A DNA stretch of 64,000 nt from the human T2T-CHM13v2.0 reference genome, Homo sapiens, in the NCBI RefSeq assembly GCF_009914755.1, contig NC_060925.1; one strand, 5' to 3'. The translations under genes were made by a program, and so were the position numbers. This document shows positions 57,881 through 64,000 of this stretch, in pieces; positions within the stretch are counted from its first letter, which is position 1, and each line of letters opens with the position of its first letter. The notes below the pieces were generated by a model. It was not told the DNA's origin. It was given only the letters and a program-made list of their open reading frames with translations, and searched no databases.

Positions 57881-59037
57881 GCTACAGTGACAGCTAGCTA
57901 TGCAGGCTCTTTCCTTCCTTAATAAACATTTATTGAGCACCTGCAAGAGGCAGTCTCTGTTAGAGGCGCTGGGATATGGTGATGAACAAGACACATTTTG
58001 CTTTACCTTCCGGTGACATACAGTCTCCCAGTCCCTGAATCTCTTAGGAGCTAATTTAGGAGATGAAGGGGTTAAACTCAGAAGCTCAGGCTACCGTGTT
58101 GGCACTTTCTTGTTTTAAGCTGAATTGGCCAGAGGGTGATGCATGCCTGTAATCCCAGCTACTCAGGAGGGAGGATCACGCAGGAGTTCCAGGCCAGCCT
58201 GGGCAACAGGGCGAGACTCTGTCTCAAAAAAAAAAAAAAAAAAAAAAAAAAGTTGAATTGGAAAGAGCATTGGATCAGCAGCCCAAGAAGGGCGCTTCTG
58301 AACTTGAAAATGTCAGAGGTAAGGCTGTGAAGGAAGTTGCCTGTGGATCCTACTGCTCTACCCACTGGGTCCAGTAGGTCCCTTTCCGCTAGACACCATT
58401 CTCATTTCTTTCCTAGAATCCTCTCTCTCTTCTGCTGGGTTCTGTTCAACCCCAACTTCTTCTCTGCTTCGGAGCTCAATGAGCTCCTCTTCTCTGAAAT
58501 CTCAATGCCCTTGTTGGTTGCACTAATCAATTCAATACTTAATTATATACAAAGCTTGATTGTTATCCAATAATTTTACTACGTATGTCTTGCCTCCTCA
58601 CTTAAACTGTACATATTTACAAGACAGAGACTAGGTCTTATACTTCATTGATATTCTCCCAGCAAGCCCCAAGCCATGGAGTAGGTGCTCACTACATATT
58701 ATTTAAATGAATAAGTCATATTTTCAATAATATTGTGTATGTTAGATGACAATACATAGAATGATCAAGAGCACAGACTCTCTCTCTTCATAGTTGTGTG
58801 CCACCAGGCAAGTTATTAACATCCTTTATGCCTTAGTTTTCTTATCTGTAAAGGAGGGATAATAGTTTCTAATCCACGCACATGGAATTCTTAGCCTGGC
58901 GCCCAACGAATGTTCAATATATGCTATCAGTCAATATTTTTATTATTACTACAACTGCCTAGTAAAGTAAGATTAGATTGACTAACCAGAGCATTTCTCC
59001 TACATGTGACGTCAAATTAAATCAGAAGTTTGCTTGA

Positions 59038-59108
59038 TGAGCATGATTTGGTGAGCATGATTTGGTGAGCATGATTTGGTGAGCATGATTTGGTGAGCAT
59101 GATTTGGT
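59038..59108 (+). repeat. 14-bp tandem repeat (TGAGCATGATTTGG)x5, perfect
   Basis: Units start at 59038, 59052, 59066, 59080 and 59094. Confidence 0.97.
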
Positions 59109-60149
59109 TGGCTGTGGAGGCCGTGGACTGTAGCGGAGCAAGAATGGGCATTAAAATCTCACCTCTGACTCTGGCTGTGAGACCTTGGCTTTCGTGAGCT
59201 TCAGTTTGTTCATTTGCAAACTGCAAATAGTAACAGATATATCCCATTGAGCTATCGTGCGGGCCAGATTTAATGAATATAAAGCACCTAGCCTGACACA
59301 AAATGGAACTTTGATAAACCATTCTCTAAATATCATCAAGCCCATAGCATCCCTCCCTACAGAGACCGTGTCTGCTTAGTAGATGAGACATTTGTGGTTG
59401 TTCATTGACTCCTTTTTTTCTAGAAAGTTCTAGTCCTCTAGAGACTCATTGTAATACCTTTGTCCCTCTGAATTCTTGGTATTTAACTATACCTCCTCCT
59501 GTTATATGCACCCAGGGTAATATGCCTCTGGCACATGGTAGGCACTTAATGAATTTATGTGGAATAATTCAGCAACTTACTTTTATAGATACATACAGAC
59601 TATCCCTCTTCTATGAACTCATTCTTTCTCAGTGTATCAAACTACCAATCTGCTGAGCTCATTCACAACATTTTGGTGCTTCTTAATGTTCTCAGAGAAT
59701 AACTTTCACTCTAGTGCTGGCTTCTTCCATCCACTGGTAGGGGTTTGGATCAGATAAAAGGGAGAACATCCCAGGCTGGGTGCATAATGTTTGGAAAGGG
59801 TTAAGGAAGGCCAAGTGAATAGTTCTTGACTGAAACTAAGAGTACGAGATGGGAGAAAAAATCAGAGATAAGATTATATAGGGAGGGTGGAGACAGATTG
59901 TAGAGAAACTTTAAGGTCAGGCTGAAGAATTTGACTTGATACATCAGGCAGTTGGAAAAGTCAGGGGATAGTTTACACAAGTTATAGTAATTTTTAAATT
60001 TAATTTGTGTACATGAGGTTAAAGAATTGAAGTTAGGACATGGGAGTCATTACATTTATAATGAAAAAACGCATTTCCTGTCCCACCTTCCCAACCCACT
60101 GCCCAGAGGCAACCATGATCAACTCAACCTATTGATTATTTGAATGTAA

Positions 60150-61560
60150 TTGTTTCTTTCTTTCTTTCTTTCTTTTTTTTTTGAGATGAAGTCTTGCTCT
60201 GTCGCCCAGGTTGGAGTGGCAGTGGTGCAATCTCAGCTCACTGGAACCTCCGCCTCCCGGGGGTCCAGCGATTCTCCTGCCTCAGGCTCCCGGGTAGCTG
60301 GAATTACAGGCACATGCCACCATGCCTGGCTAATTGTTTTTTGTATTTTTAGTACAGACAGAGTTTTACCATGTTGACCAGGCTGGTCTCAAACTCCTGA
60401 CCTCAGGTAATCCGCCCGCCTCGGCCTCCCGGAGTACTAGGATTACAGGTGTGAACCACATGCCTGGCCGAATGTATTTGTTTCTTTTTGAGAAGGGTAA
60501 TTCCCAACTCTTGCTCCATTACCTTCCCATCATTTTTCCAGTGTAGTCATATCCTTGTTTTTGTTAAATAAATAGCATTTCCATCTTTATATAGTTCACA
60601 GCTAATTACATTTTTCTTGTACACTCTTTTTGGTTCTCCTAATGTTTGTTAACTTTTACTTTTTAATGATTTTTAATTTAAAGTTTTAAATGTGTTTTTC
60701 CTGGTTAATAATTGTCTTGCTTTAAATCATTTAAAAATTTTTTTCAGAGACAAGGTCTTGCTTTGTTGCCCAGGCTGGAGCGCAGTGGTACCGTCATAGC
60801 TCCCTGGAGCCTCAAACTCCTGGGCTCAAGGGACTCTCCTGCCTCAGCCTCCAAAGCAGCTAGAACTATAGATATGCACCACCACACCCAGCCAGTTTTT
60901 CTGTTTTTTTGGAGATGAGGTCTCGCTACGTTGCCAAGGCTAGTCTCAAACTCCCAGCCTCACTTTTTTATTTACTTCATTTTTTGTGTACTTACTACTA
61001 AATCAACCCTAAATGTTCCAATAAAGATGTAAACTGATCAAATACATGAAATAACCCATTAGTTTTATTCTTTTCTTGAATACTTTCTTACCAGAACCTT
61101 CTCTGCCTATTTTAACCAGGACTGACTGCTCTCTGAGCTCACCACACACCTGGGATTTTTCTTCACCAACAACTTGGAAATTTTCTTGAACTCCTTGCTG
61201 TGTGGGATTTCCTGTTTCTTGGATCTCATGTACTCATCTTTCTTGATTTGCCATGTGTGCGTTGTGGTGGGGAGGGGTGTACATCTGCCCGTAACTTGCT
61301 GAGAAAAAGCATGGGACAAATAAAATTTTTGCTGTGCAAGAGCACGGTAGAAAATGTTTTTATTTTACTTTCTTCTACAGGCTGGGATTATGATTTTAGT
61401 TTGAAAAGCACATTTCCTCTGAATTTTGAAGGCATCTCTCAATTTCTTCTGTTGAGAAAACGAATGCTGATTTTATGTTGACATAGAGCAATATGGCGTT
61501 ATTCCAATTCCTGATCTTTTATGTGTGACCTGTTTTATCTTTCTAGAAAGTTTTAGAATC
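60150..61560 (-). mobile_element. Alus (60150-60469, 60739-60960) inside an ancient L1M/HAL1 relic
   Basis: Alu matches. GAAAATGTTTTTATTTTAC...TTTCCTCTGAATTTTGAAGGCATC...ATTCCTGATCTTTTATGTGTGACCTG resembles the antisense ORF1 segment also seen at ~31800. Confidence 0.7.
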
Positions 61561-62524
61561 TTCTCTGTAAAATGAGGATAATATGAGTACCTACCTCACT
61601 GGATTAGTACCTTAATTGTGAGGATTAAACCAATTAATATATCAAAAGCCTTTAGAATGGTCTCTGACCCATGGTTAATTTTAAATGTGCTTGTTATCAG
61701 CACATTTAAATTAATCCATGGTTAATTTTAAATGTGCTCATTTTAGTAGAATTTTGGGAGAGGTGATATAAAGACTTATGTTCAACTTGTCATATGTAAC
61801 AGGGATTGCAGAAGTTAACATTTTTAACTTTTCCTCATAGCATTTTTGTGGAGGTTATTTTCTTCCAAGACTGAAAAAATAACCAAAAGATGAAATGACT
61901 TAAGGAACTATTATTCAGGGATATTGATCAGGGCAGTGACCCAGCTAATTATAATAAGTTGGTAAACACGTTAGGATATATAGAAAGAAAGCAGGATGTT
62001 ACTGTCTGCTGAGGCTTAATGCTAACATTAAATCATGTTCCCCAAATATAGTGGGTTCATTTCTACAGTATACCTGTTCATAATGATTCATCTCTGTGTC
62101 CTCAGCACGTAGGCCACTATTTGATTCCTGGTAGGCAGTAGATACAAAGCACTTGGCAATGTCTCTGACAGGAAGTAAGCAGTACCTATTAGCTCTTTAT
62201 ATATGTAACACACATCATCTACTTAGAAACTTCGTTTTAGTTCTCTTTCAAGTGACCTTTCTCGTGACCTTAGAGAAAGAATTTGTATGCAATTGCTAAT
62301 TTCCCCATATATATTCGCATTCATTATTTTCATTTGATCCTCAAAGTGTCCAAAGAATTAAACTGAGTTTTGAAGATGGCTCTAGTGCTTACTAGCTGTG
62401 AACAAGTTACCTAATTTCTTCTTATTTTTCTCAAGACATTGGGGATCACCTCATGTGAGGATTAAATTAGATCATCTATGTCAAGCACTCAATGCATATA
62501 TTAGCTATTGCTAGTGAGGTAAAG

Positions 62525-63807
<1,283 letters not shown>

Positions 63808-64000
63808 CACAGTGCTTTTTAAACCACTGAAGTAATTGTCAAATTAGGTTTGGCCACATATGAATAGAAAAGCCAAATTAGTGGCTTATATAAGATGGAG
63901 GTTTATTCCTCTCCCATGTAAAAGACAAACCAAAGATAGGCAATTCAAGATGGTGGCTCCAGAGTCAGCCAGAACCTAGGCAGCCATCTTTCTGCTCCAC

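Overview
This is human (primate) genomic DNA. The window starts inside exon 1 of HNRNPU (hnRNP U/SAF-A, minus strand, ATG at 613-611; chr1q44 from general knowledge). The ORF track misses this CDS because it runs off the left edge. Next come the HNRNPU CpG-island promoter and about 63 kb of upstream intergenic DNA. That DNA is dominated by repeats: roughly 80-90 Alu copies or fragments by manual count (about a third of the window), solo MaLR LTRs (THE1, MST, MLT1), old L1/HAL1 fragments, MIR/L2 and hAT DNA-transposon relics. No other protein-coding gene is supportable; the remaining ORFs are Alu/L1 read-throughs or chance ORFs. I found no convincing new biological system. The best leads are regulatory or structural: (1) an orphan CpG island at ~54.8-55.3 kb built on a 7x20-bp G-rich minisatellite; (2) an old LTR plus nested Alus at ~40.9-41.6 kb that kept and gained CpGs and carries an ETS site; (3) a near-perfect 70-nt hairpin at 52.0 kb; (4) a perfect splice donor upstream of the HNRNPU TSS, plus a divergent-direction polyA signal; (5) a CRE next to a 5x14-bp repeat; (6) a forward-inverted-forward micro-triplication. 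Repeat subfamilies and boundaries were assigned by eye and are approximate.
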